Assembly (NCBI GenBank): GCA_013265495.1
Contig: MU058718.1
Location: 62,001-126,000, forward strand
Length of the DNA stretch: 64,000 nt
Direction of reading: 5' to 3'
Source of the DNA: Vicugna vicugna
Taxonomy: Eukaryota
Shown here in pieces: positions 37,536 to 50,200 of this stretch (position 1 is the stretch's first letter; every line of letters begins with the position of its first letter). The notes under the pieces were generated by a model. That model was not told the origin of the DNA, did no database searches, and worked only from the letters and a program-made list of their open reading frames with translations. The position numbers and the translations under genes are program-made.

Positions 37536-39868
37536 AACTAAGCAGAAAAATGAAGAGCAGATACCAGAACCATTCCAAAATCAGAAATGAAAAAGAAACT
37601 TTTGGGTTGAGGGGTAACAGGACTGCTCAGGTAGCTTCACTTCACTTTCCATCACTCCCTGTTTGGAACTGTGTGTTCCTAAGGGAGAAGAGTTTGCTGG
37701 TTTGTTTTCCTTTGTTCCCAGAAGAGTGCCCAGTATCTAGTAGACTCTAAGAATCTCTTGAGACCCAGAACCACTGTCCTGGTGACCAGATCACTTTTAC
37801 TGAGCTCTCACTGTGTGTAGTTATCTGCATAAAATATTCTGGCAGTTACAGAAGAGAAAGGCAGGTCTCTGCTCTCAAGGATTTACACTGACTACGTACA
37901 AGCCTTAAATTGTGTGGGCCAGATGTTGATTGTGAAGTATTCTACTGTCTTCAGTACTTATGAAAAATTTTGTATTCTGTGTTCTGCTTTCAGTCTATTT
38001 TTCCTTCTACTTTATGAAGACCTCCTCACTAGCTGTGGGAAACCACTTGGAAATAAAATTTGGAATCTTACAACACAATTTAAAAACCTTTGTTTAACCT
38101 CTGATTCTTTATAGTAATGTAGCCAAATTAGCTATGCCTACATGGGTCTTGAATGTGATATGCCTATCAAAGTTCTTGTAAATGTAAATGTATTTTTTTC
38201 AGGTTTCATTAATAGACTCGCTGAATATACATGTTCTAATGGTATATCAGTTCAAGAAAAATTAGATATTAAAGAACAAATGTATCTCCCCAAAATTAGT
38301 TCCTTTGACTCCTAAAAAGGGAACATGTGTCTTTGTATAATTTTGTGGACACTGTGAGTTTGGCAGTTAGATTGAAAAACATCTAAACTCATGACTTTTT
38401 TGTTACTGTTCAATGGGAACACTTCCTTATAACCTTGGTGTCCTCACCAGCACTATCCTTTCCTCATCTCCCACCGCGGCCCCAGTCCTGAAACAGTGCC
38501 CACTTTCTTCTCTGCTTTTTCATTGGCGTTTTAACTTGTGTGCTTCTTTAAGAGAAGAAAAGGAGTAATTAAGAAGTTCTCTCAACAGAATCTTCTTTGG
38601 ATCTCGTACTGGTGAATATTCTAAAATTATAAGTCTTTTGACAGGAACATAATTTTCTGAATTATACATTTATCTGACACCAGAAATAACACTGTTACCC
38701 AATAGATAACTGACAAGTTGAAGTAATCTTTGTGCTCAAAACTGGAAAGAAACTGGTTACCAGTTTATGATAGGTGTAGTAGTGTGACAGGACATAATCT
38801 GAGGATACCCAGAGGCTGTAGCACCAAGGAAAATCATCATGCTCTTACATCATGCTGGTTTAGGAACCAGTTATTTTAAACTATGGATCAAAAAGAAAGG
38901 CACATTTTATGAGCATATGGATATTGCTTTTGTAAGTACACTTTCAGGAATAACACAGCATTACCTTCACTGATGAGTTTTAAGAATATATGAATACACT
39001 TTTACCAGGAAACAGAAATATGGGCACTGAACAAATTGAGAGATGGGATAAAGGCCCAGTGAGAAATTTAGATGTTACTGAAGATTTCAAGGGGAAGATA
39101 CAACCAATATCCAAAAAAACTGTCCTTTGGATATTTCTGGTCTCCCTCCAGTATCTTTTTGGTTGTCAGCCACCAGAGCCTATAAAAATCCATTGTCATG
39201 AGAGTTCAGTTCTGGACCCGCATTTATATACCCAACTCAGCAGAACAGAAGCTCTGTAGGTAGCTGGACTCCCCATCTCTAGCCAAGAGTTTATCAGTCT
39301 TACTGCTGTTTGATTATGTTTTTCAGGAAGGGTCACAACTCCCATCCCATGTAGCTTATTATTGTATTTATAGCAATACTTGGAAATCTGCTAAGAAAAT
39401 ACAACTTTTGTTTTCAATCAGTATTACTGGCAACTGTTACCATTATACATACCTTTTAGAATTTATAAAAGGCTTTTGCATTTATTATCTCATTTGTTCC
39501 TTACCACAAAACCACGAGTTATTAACCTTTTAAAATGAGTAAACTCAGAGGAGTTATGCTGGGCTATGCTAATTCTTACATTTACTTCCAGATCTGAAAT
39601 ATATATATATAATATATATATTCAATTTAATATGTTAGTAAGCTGAAGTGCAAAATCACTCATTGCAGTGAAGAAAAGGCAAACTAGCCTATATTACGTG
39701 CTGAGTGCCTGTACCTGATGCTTTCACTTTTATCTTATTTAGCCCCTATAACCAAGCAGGATAAGCATTATTCCCATTTTACAAGTGAGAAAACTAAATA
39801 GTTCTTTGTTTCTACTTGTTGCTAATGATTCAAACCTTCGTTCCTGCCAGTGGAGTGTGTTTTTACTA

Positions 39869-40031
39869 TAGTTGACTCGAACAGTGGGGTTAATTCGCTA
39901 TGATTTAGTCAGCCCTCTGTATTCACGGTTCCTCCATGTCCACAGATTCAACCAGCTCTGGACCATGCAGTACTGTAGTGTTTACCGTTGAAAAATGTCT
40001 ACATTTAAGTGGACCAGGTAGTTCAAACTCG
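39869..40031. mobile_element. Tigger-derived MITE (MER8-like)
   Basis: TIR-like ends TAGTTGACTCGAAC ... TTGTTCAAGGATCAGCTG. Confidence 0.6.
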
Positions 40032-42224
40032 CTTTGTTCAAGGATCAGCTGCGCGTTTTCTCATACTCTAGTAAATTTTCTTACATAAGATAGAAGAACC
40101 ATCCTGATATGGACTGTGTTTTCCATATGGTATTTGTCCATGAACACAATACCTTTGTATGCCTGAAGAATTTAAGGGAGAAAAATATGACGGCTAGTAA
40201 CCTTCGCTGTGTTAGTATCTTAGTTCAGGAAATACTCAGTTCTTTCACCATTTCCGCTTAAATAAGGGAGGTTGCTGTGCTCTTTTCCAGGCCCCGTGCT
40301 CCCTCAGAAGCCTTGCTGCCTTATTTGTAGAGCCAGAATCGTTATTAACTCTTCACCAAATCTGTGCCCAAATCAGAGATGGGGAAAGTTCCCCACCACT
40401 GACCTTAAAACGGTTAGTGCTCATTTCCCCCCCTGAGATTTAAGGAAGCCAAGGATATAATCTATGTCAAGAGACCTAAGGACTTCAGATACTTTAAGGG
40501 ATTGCATATTTGTTTCTATAGTGGATGTGATCCTCCAAGGAAGAGCTTGAGAAATTTTAATTGATGGAATGGATTCTTTTTTTTCTGATTGGAAAAGTAT
40601 ACATGATTATTGTAGAAAACTTGTAAAGTACAAAAATACCTAAAGAAGGAAATAGATTTTGCCCATATTATTACAACTCTGTTAATATTTTGTTATATTT
40701 ACTTCTAGCCTCGTTTCTGGAACCATGTGTATATAATTTGATGCTCTAATTTTTTGTTTTCTTTAACCCAGCATCTCATAAACACATACTCATGTCTGTC
40801 TACAAAAATATTATAATATCCTTCATGGCAATATGGTATCATTTGATAGTCATTCTCCTCTTGGACATCGTAAAGTTTCCAATTTTTGCTTATGACTAGT
40901 TTCATGATTGGTGCCTTCAAACATAAATCTTCTTCATCTCTGATCTGTTTCCCTTGAACTGCTGTAACTTGTTCAAAGGGTTTAATAGTTTTTAAGGCCC
41001 TGAGTTGTATATCTGAAAGGATTTAGTTTTGAGGTGTTTTTGTTTTTTGGGTTTTTTTGGCCTTTCAATCTTTGAAGGAAAGGAGTTGGGGGCCAGTCAG
41101 GTTGGCAAAGACTAAAATGCGCAATGTCTGGGGAGAGAGCAAGAAAACAGGTTGGTCAGGTGATATGAAGTGATTCACAGGAAATTTAAAGGTTAACTGC
41201 CAGAATTTTGCATGTAAATTTTTGACCCAGCGGTTAATTTATAAGAATTCTCACAGAGAAACCTAGAAGCTTGTAAAGATTTGTGCACTGGGATATTCAT
41301 TTATAGCATTACTGATAATAGCAAAAATTTGGAAGCCATGGCAATGCTCATCAATAGGAGCTTATATAAATAAACTTTGTCCATTCGGTGAAATTCCGTG
41401 TGCTTTTTCAAGAATGTGATAGAGCTATATGTTATGACGTGGAAAAAAATACTAAACATTTTATGTGATAAACCCAGCTTGAACACAGCGTATAAATTTT
41501 GCCTTCCACCTTTCACTCCACCTTTTTTAATCCATCTCCATGAGTACTGGGGTGGGGAATGCAGAGAATAGACGAGTGCGCTGATGAGCAATGGAAATGC
41601 TGACCAGCCACATTCCTTGACATCAGTCTGCTGTTTAGCTTTGTTAACACCACTTATTTTTAATTTTCCTTGGTGAAGAATGACGTTACTCATGAAGTGT
41701 TTGATACAGTAAGAATTGTTATCTTCTGTTTATTATTCCCTCTCTCATCTGTGTATTTATGTTGTAAGTTTGTTGTTGTGTTGTTGTTTTAACAAATCCC
41801 AGGAGAACTAACCGGCTTGATACAAAGCTGGACTGTGTTATCATCCCAATTTGTTTCAGTGCAAAGTGATGTTTCTATAAGAGATTGGAAAGGAGCACTT
41901 TTATAGCCTCTGAAAACAGGATTTTATCCCCCATGTCACCCATTTGCAGTTTGATGAGTCTTGTGAGCTTGTCATCTCTGTCACGTTATCAGAGCATGAA
42001 TCACCACATTGCCTCAGTGAGGTTGAAGCAAATACTTTTTGATACAAGAAAATGGCAGCATATAACAAACAAGTAACATGTTCAGTACACAGCCAGTTGA
42101 TAAGAATATATGATTAGATTTCTTAACATTCTGGAAGATGCTTTGTTATAAGTTGCAGGCACAAAGTAATGCCTGATAAATTAATTGGTGAATCTACTAC
42201 CTGACATTATGGTGCTACCTAGTA

Positions 42225-42957
42225 GACCTTTGTGCAAGAATGTGCCATATCTGTGCTGTCCAGTAAGCCATCAGCCATATGTGGTTATTAAAATGTGAGT
42301 AGTGAAGCTGAGAAACTGAATTTTTAATTTTATTTTATTTTAGTCACATAAGTATATAATTCTGTCACATATAATGTTGCCTGATTGGTTTTTTTGTTTA
42401 ATATAGTACATTTTTAGTGATTGACTGCTAATGGTAGGGTTATAATCAGACCATTTTATACCTTCCATTTAGAAGTAGATATCTGGGTACATTTTAAAAT
42501 GTGGAATTATAGAAATGTATGTTAGAGACTTCTATATCTGAATTATTTTAAGGAAGAGATTCTTGGGGCTGTTACGGTTCTGTTAAATTGTTTTCGTTTA
42601 GGCTAGAAATTTAGGAGATAGCCAAAAGCCTAATCTTGGACTCCTTACCATGTTACTGTAGCATGTGGCATTACCTTTGTCTCTTTGAAAATAGTGAGCC
42701 ATGGTTAGCTCAATTCAAAATCAGTTGCATGATGTTCGTTGTACAATTTTTTTTTATTCAAATTCATTTCCCCCCACTCCCCACCTTAGTGGAGGCACTG
42801 GGGATTGAACGCAGGATCTCATACATGCCAAGCATGCTCCCTGCCACCAAGCTATTTTCCTCCCCGTTTTACCCCAATTTTTATTAAACAACAAGCCACA
42901 TTTTAGGTACTCAGTAGCCACATGTGACTGATGGCTACCATATTGAACAGCACAGAC
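42225..42957. mobile_element. Charlie1/MER33-like element interrupted by a SINE
   Basis: CTGTGCTGTCCA at left end; TAGCCACATGTGACTGATGGCTACCATATTGAACAGCACAG at right end. Confidence 0.6.
42745..42866 (-). mobile_element. Older Vic-1-like SINE copy
   Basis: GGAGGCACTGGGGATTGAAC shared with the 7.8-kb copy; more diverged. Confidence 0.75.
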
Positions 42958-42959
42958 CT

Positions 42960-43505
42960 AGAAAATCTGAATATCACTGAGCCAACTTCATCTGGTTGAC
43001 ATCGATAGAGCTCTGTACCCAGCAATTGTAGAATACACATTTTTCCAGGTGCACATGTAATTTTCACCAAGGCACACCATATGCAAGGCCATAAGACAGT
43101 CTCAAATCACAAGATTGAAATCTCATAGAGTACATTCTGTGACCACATCAGAGTTAAAGCAGAAAGCAGTAACAGTGAGTTACCTAGTAAAGCCCATGTA
43201 TCTGGAAATTAAGCAACACACTTCTAAATAATTTATGGTGCAAAGAGGGAATTTTATAGAAACTTAGAAATTTCAAATTAAATGATAAAATATACTGTAT
43301 CAGAATTTTTAGGGTTTAGCTTAAGCAATATTTGGGGGGAAGTTTATAAGTTTATATGGTTATATTAAAAAGGGAGAAGCAGGCTTAAAATCGATGATCT
43401 AAGTTTCTACCTTAAACTGCAAAAAGTAAAAATAAGGAAACTAAATCCCAAATAAGGTAGCAGGAAGAAAATCAGGATAAGGATAGAATACCAACAAACA
43501 GAAAA
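42960..43505 (+). mobile_element. Degenerate L1 ORF2 endonuclease/linker fragment
   Basis: AGAATACACATTTTT, CTGTGACCAC, GGAAATTAAGCAACACACTTCTAAATAA motifs. Confidence 0.7.
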
Positions 43506-44003
43506 ATGAACTGCAATGTGATATTCCCTCCGTTTGATAACTTTTATTAAGGAACTTGTTAGCCCATAATGACTAGCAATAACATCAGTGAGAAAAAAAA
43601 TTTTACTTTAATAGTTATAAGGAACCAATTTATAGGTTAGAACAGGGTTAAATTAAGCTTAATTAAAATTATTTTTATAATAGAAGCCTCAGTTTCCTTG
43701 AATTCAGATTCACTTTAGTGTTCTGATGTGCCTGTTTTGGAAGACAATTTAACTTAGGAGTGAAAAAAACCTATAGGCACATTTTTTAAACCCATGAAAG
43801 AGTTCTAAAGCTGAGAATTTGAACTTAGTAGTTTTAAATAACCAAATGGTAAGCAGCTGTGTGCATCCCATGGAGAAGATGTGTTCAGGATGGTGACATT
43901 TCTGGAGGAGACCGCAGAAATGATTGGCTCTCAGGAATTTGCATAATCTCATTCGACTGAAAAGAGTGAAAGTTTAAATAAAACATTGAATTTTTTCTTA
44001 TAG

Positions 44004-44066
44004 GTTTATAGACAAGAAGGAAAGGTTAAGCCAACTTAAGAGCAAGCAAGAAGAATTTCAAAAAGA
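44004..44066 (+). CDS. ATG14: ATG14 exon 2 (FIDKKERLSQLKSKQEEFQK)
   Basis: TAG| acceptor; GA|GTGAGT donor; peptide match. Confidence 0.96.
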
Positions 44067-45217
44067 GTGAGTTTTCATTTTACTTTTTAATTTGTGGAGG
44101 TTATCCAGTTACCACATGATTTAATTCAGTGCTGTGGTATGCAGTTATGTGGGTTACCAATTCATTGAATTTAGGATACAAAGTATGAAGAGCAGTGCAT
44201 CTAGGAGAAGCAAGATAATAGAGATTATCAAGTTTTTAGGAAACACTGGGTACCTGGTTCACAGCAGGCAGTGATGGGGTAGATGAATCAAACCCCTGGC
44301 CCTGATAATTAATGTGTAGTAAGTGGGTCCAGGAAAGAAGGCATATTAGACGTAAATCAGTAGTGGCGGCTCTTACAGGATGTTATTGCTTCTCTTTACC
44401 TTTATTCTTCTGTATCAGGGTTTTGCAAAGTGTGGTCTGCAGATGATCTACATGAGAAGAGTCCATTAACTTGGGTAATGGTTAAACATGCAGCTTCTTG
44501 GAATCCTGTTCTCAGGTGTTCTGATTCAGTGGGTCTGTGGGGAGGCCCCGGAATCTGAGTATTAATAAGCACCCCTGATGAATCTCTCATCCTCTGGATT
44601 TGAGAACTGTCCTGTAGAACCTTATGTCCCAAACTGATCTAGTCACTGTTTTCCGTACACATCCCCAAGCCTGATTAACATATTTATAAGCAGATTAAAT
44701 CTTCTGAGATGCCCTGCATCAGAGAAACCTACTTGGATTTATATAACTCAGTCATTTCTTCTAACTTACTCTCTCACAGAAACTTCTATTTTTTTTTCCC
44801 ATAGAACACTTCATTTCATAGAACAGATTTTTGCCAAAGCTGGCTTATGCCATTTTTGTGGGGAACTGACAATAGCATTTTGGATAGTGAATTATCCTGT
44901 AACTGTCATTATTATTAATTATGACTGATGGAAATTACTGACTATGATGGAAGACAAAGGCTATGGCTGTTATGGAAGTTTATTATGAAACTTTATAGAA
45001 AGACTCTGGGCAGTGTTAAAAGTGCAAAAGGAAGGAGGTGAGGAAAAAAATACAGAGAACAGGGAATTTGGAAAACATTTTTAAATGCTTACATCCCACT
45101 TTGGTATTTCCAGCTGTTTCTAAGACCTTATTTTAAAGAGGTGTTGATTTTGCATTTTTGAGCTTCACAACGTTTATTATCTTAAGAGCTTATTTCCTAT
45201 GTCTCTTCTCCATACAG

Positions 45218-45260
45218 AGTGTTAAAAGCTATGGAAGGAAAATGGATAACAGATCAGTTG
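45218..45260 (+). CDS. ATG14: ATG14 exon 3 (VLKAMEGKWITDQL)
   Basis: CAG| acceptor; TTG|GTAAGC donor. Confidence 0.96.
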
Positions 45261-46644
45261 GTAAGCTATCAGATGTATTTAAGTAATATTCTTTATACTT
45301 GAAGTTACATGTTTTTAAGTTGGTAGAGCTTAAAAAAATCATTTTGAATTTAAATTTATTTTTGATCATTTTTTGGCAGTCCTCTGTGAATATATTTGTA
45401 GTGTGGGCTTCTCAGATATTTCATCTAGATACCAAAAATGGGGTATTGGCAATTAATTGTGGAACCACCGTAAGGAATAATTATGGAGTCTGGTATTGGC
45501 ATAGAAATACAAGAACAGTGAGGTGTCATTTTTGAAATCACTTACTCATCATAACCACACACTTTATAGATGGATTAATGGTTGAATGTGAAGAGTAAGC
45601 TAAAAAATATTAGAAGAAAATATGGGAGAGTATTTCTGTAATCTGGGGGTGAGCAGATCTTTATAAGCATAAAAGAGAACATTTTGACAGACTACATAAA
45701 AGTTTAAAAGTTCTATATGTTAAAGACCCTAGCAAAATGAATTTAAACTGGGAAAAAATGAATACAACATATGAAGATAAGGAGTTTGATTGATTGCACT
45801 TTTATTCACTGTTGGTGGGAATATATATTAACATATTCGTTTGGGGGACAGTTTGGTGGTGGTTTGGGTTTTTTTTTAAATGCATGTAGCATATCTGGCC
45901 ATTTGCCTCCGAAGAAAATGCACGTGAATACAGAGACTTAAGGGTAAAGAAGATGATTTCCTGCATCACTGATAGTACTATATACTCATCAAACAGAATG
46001 AGATAATTAAAGAATATGGTCAGTCTACATGTATTGGTGTGAAATGATGTCCAAGATAGATTTTTTAATAAAAAAAGGTACACTAGGGTAAAGTATGATT
46101 CCATTTATGTATGTGTTTTAAATATATGTATACTCTAAAAAAAAATCCTGAAAAAAAATTGTCAACCTGTAATTGAGATCACTCCTGAAGAATAGGAAGG
46201 AGTTAGGCTAATAACTTTCTTCTCCTTTGTGATACTTAATTTTTTTCATAATAATAAGCATTATAATTTTTAAATAATATTTAAATGTAATGTAAGTGAA
46301 TTCTGCATATGCTCTGAATGTTATATAAACAAAGTGTGTTTGTTATATGGAAAAAGATTATAAAAGACTATTTATAAAGAATCCCATCCTAAATTTTTCA
46401 AAGTTCCTTGTTCTGTTTTCTAGTTTTTTTAATCACAAGCTTGAATATTGATTCTTAAAGACTAATAGCTCTTAAAAGTGAAGACATCTCATTGCTAGTT
46501 CATTCCTGAATCCTTCAGTCCCCATGAATCTGTTCTCAGATGTTTCTCTCACCCCACTGGAATTTAAGTAATATTAGCTTATTGTATCAGTGAGATAATA
46601 CAATTGATGGTCTCCTCAGTAACCAGCACTAAGGGTTTAGAGCA

Positions 46645-46840
46645 GCTCCTCAGTACAACTGTCTGATGATGCATGTGTTCTCTATCCACACTACCCGGTA
46701 TGGTAGCCGTTAGCCACATGGAGTGTTGACATGTACCACCTGGGTAGGGGGAGTAGGCACTGGATTTTTAAATTATATATAATTCTAATAGATTTTTAAA
46801 TAGCCACATGGGACCAGTAGCTGTATATTGGACAGAGCAG
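46645..46840 (+). mobile_element. Degenerate MER3-like element
   Basis: GGTAGCCGTTAGCCACATGG...AAATAGCCACATG...TATTGGACAGAGCAG. Confidence 0.65.
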
Positions 46841-47125
46841 GTTGTGAGAATATCCTTTAACATTTTCCTGTGTGTTCATTAACACATAAAAGAACTATGC
46901 GAATTTCTCTCTTTCTTAATTTCCTAGCAGCATCTGCACTGAGCCTTAATAACATTTTTTCTTCTTTGTAATTCACCAGTTATAAAACCTGTAATAAATA
47001 CAATTGGTCTTTTCTTCATTACATTTTCTAAGATACACCTCTATATATGTAGTGGCCTTAGGTGGATAATCATATTAATTATAAGAGATCAACGTTTGTG
47101 ATATTTATTGCATTCCTTTTTTAAG

Positions 47126-47207
47126 AGATGGAAAATAATGTCCTGCAAGATGAGAATTGAACAGCTGAAACAAACTATATGTAAAGGAAATGAAGAAATG
47201 AAGAAAA
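47126..47207 (+). CDS. ATG14: ATG14 exon 4 ([27 protein letters not shown])
   Basis: AAG| acceptor; A|GTAAGT donor; coiled-coil peptide match. Confidence 0.96.
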
Positions 47208-47401
47208 GTAAGTAATTTGTCCCCCTCTCTCCAGACCTAATAAGGGGCTCATGTGGTATTTTGTGGGATTAATAAACTAGAGAGAGAAACTAGAGAGAGA
47301 GGAAGTGGGGGGCAACAGCAACCGGGAAAAGTTTACTGCTTGCCTTTCTCTTTGTAAAACATTTGTGTAAGGAATTTTTTAACATTTTAAATCAGCTGTA
47401 C

Positions 47402-48220
47402 TTCAATTAAAAAGCAAACAACCAACCAATCCATTTAAAATATGGGCAGAAGAACTGAACAGACTTTTTCCAAAAGAGGAAATGCAAATGGCTAACAGGA
47501 ACTTGAAAAGTTGCTCAGCATCACTAATATCAGGGAAATGCACATTAAAATCGCAATGAGGTATCATCGCACACCTGTCAGAATGGTCATCATCAAAAGG
47601 AACACAAATAACACATATTGGCAAGGATGTGGAGAAAAGGAAACCCTTGTACACTATTGGTGGGTATGTAAATTGGTGCATATGGAAAACAATATGGAGG
47701 TTTCTCAAAAACCTAAAAATAGAAGTTCCACTCCTGGGCGTATATCCAAGAAAAACAAAAACATTAATTCAAAAAGATACATACAACCCGCCATTAACAA
47801 CAGCATTATTTATAATTGCCAAGATATGGTAGCATCTTAAGTGCACATCAATAGATAAATGGATAAAGAAGTTGTAGCATATATATGCAATGGAATACAA
47901 CTCACCTCCAAAAAAGAAGGATATTTTGCTATTTGCAGCCCTTCATTCACTTTTTTTTTCTCACTTCAAAAACCAGAATTTTATAACTGGCATAAACATT
48001 TCCATTGTATCAAAAACAACAAAATACCTAGAAATAAACTTAACCAAGGAGGTTACCTATATTCTGAAAATTGTAAAACATTGATGAAGGTACAAAGAAA
48101 TGGAAAGATACCTTGTGCTCTTGGATTGGAAGACTCAGCATTATCAAAATGGCCATACTACCCAAAGTGATCTACAGATCCAATGCAACTCCTGTCAAAA
48201 TACTCCCAACATTTTTACAG
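47402..48220 (+). mobile_element. Two L1 ORF2 fragments (C-terminal part, then a more upstream part)
   Basis: IREMHIKIAMRYHRTPVRMVIIK and KYLEINLTKEV / KWPYYPK motifs. Confidence 0.88.
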
Positions 48221-48224
48221 TTTG

Positions 48225-50200
48225 ATGACTAGAGAAGTTCCTTTAATGTTTGCTGTAAAGCTGGATTGATGGTGCTGAATTCTTTTAGCTTTTGCTTATC
48301 TGTGAAGCTTTTGATTTCTCCATCAAATCTGAACGAGAGCCCTGCTGGATAGAGTATTCTGGTTGTATTTAAAGTGATTCTGCCATCACTTTAAATATAT
48401 CATGCCACTCCCTTCCGGCCTGTAGAGTTCCTGCTGAAAAATCAGCTGATAATCTTATGGAAGTTCTCTTGTATGTTATTTGTTGCTTTTCTCTTGCTTA
48501 TTTTAATATTTTCTCCTTATCCTTAATTTTTGTCAATTTGATGACTATGTGCCGTGGTGTTTTCCTCTTTGGGTTGATCCCGTGTGGAACTCTCTGCACT
48601 TCCTGGACTTGAGTGACTGTTTCCTTTCCCAGGTTAGGGAACTTTTCACCTATTATTTTTTCAAAAATTTTCTCAGGTCCTTTCTCTCTTCGCTTTCTGG
48701 GACCCCTATAATGTGAATATTAGTGCACTTCATGTTGTCCCAGACTTCTATGAAACTATCCTCATTTCTTTTCATTCTTTTTTCTTTTTTTCTGTTCTGC
48801 AGTAGTGATTTCCACTACTCTGTGTTCCAACTTACTGATCCGTTCTTCTGCCTCATTTAGTCTATTCTTAGTTCCCTCTAGTGTATTATTCATTTCAGTA
48901 ACTGTTTTCTTCAGCTCTGTTTGGGTATTCTTTATATTTTCTAACTCTTTGCTAAAAACTTCACTCTGCAGTTCTCTGATCATTTCCACAATCACTACTC
49001 TAAACTCTTTCTCAGGTAGATAGCCTAGCTCCTCATCACTTATTTCTTCTTCAGGGGTTTTATCTTGTGCCTTTGCCTGGAACATATTCCTCTGCTGCCT
49101 CATTTTGTCTAAATTTCTATTTGTATTTTTATGTAGGTTAGTTTTGTTTCTCCACCTTGGAGAGATGGCCCTCTGTAGGAGATGTCTTGTGCATCCCAGC
49201 AGTACACTCCCCTTTTGTCACCCAAGGACCAGAGTCCAGCTGGTCCCAGGGTAAACTCTGGCCTGTGTTAGCAGACTCCTTCCGCAGGCTGTGGGGTGGT
49301 TGTTTTTTTACTTCTGGTATATGCCCCCTGATGGGTGGTGGCTGGACTAGAGGCTTGTGCAGGTTTCCTGGCAAGAGGGGTTGGTGCCTACCCACTGCTG
49401 AATGGAGCTTGGTCCTGGTCCTCTGGTAGGCAGGGTCTTGTCTAGGGGTGTGTCTAGAGGCTGTGGGTTCAGGAAATCTGCTGATGGGTGGAGTTGTGTT
49501 CCCACCCAGTATGTTGTTTGGCCTGAGGTTTCCCAGCACTTAAGCCTACAATTTGTTGGGTGGGGCTAGGTCTTAGTGCTAATGACCCAAGCAAGATGTC
49601 AGCCTCCAGGAAAGCTCATGTAGTTGAACACTCCCCGCATGTCTGACACCAGCCTTTATGTCCACTGGGTGAGCCACAGCTGCCCCCTACCTCCTCAGGA
49701 GACCTTCCAAAACCAGCAGGCAGGTCTGGCCCAGGTTCCTATGAAATCACTGCCTCTGCCCTTGGACCTGGTGCACGCGAGATTCTGTGTATATTTCCCA
49801 AGAGAATGAAGTCTCTGTTTCCCCTAGTCCATGGAGCTCCTGCAGTTAAGTCCCGCTGGCCTTCAGAACCAGATGTTCTGGGGTCTCCTCCTATTCCCAA
49901 TGCATAAACCCCAGGCTGGGGAGCCTGATACGGGGCTCAGAACTATCCCTCCTGTGGGGACACCTCTGCAATGTAGTTTTTCTCCAGCTTGTGGGTTGCC
50001 CACCAGGGGGGCATGGGGCCCAGTTACATCACAAGCACACCCCGTCTGCCATCTCACTGTGGTTCCTTCTTTATGTTTCCAGTTGAAGATCTTTTTTGTT
50101 AGGTTCCAGTCTTTTTTTTTTTGATGGTTGTTTAGCAGTCAGTTACAGTTTTGTTGTAGTTGTGAGAGGAGGTGAGCTCTTGGTTCTACTACTCCCCATT
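48225..50200 (-). mobile_element. L1 5' region and ORF1 remnant
   Basis: ORF 48762..49103 MRQQRNMFQAKAQDKTPEEEISDEELGYLPEKEFRV is a laurasiatherian L1 ORF1p-like N-terminus; 5' UTR-like GC-richer sequence lies upstream; right boundary approximate. Confidence 0.85.

Noticed and set aside
47274..47300. Tandem duplication AAACTAGAGAGAG x2
   Set aside because: Ordinary slippage duplication
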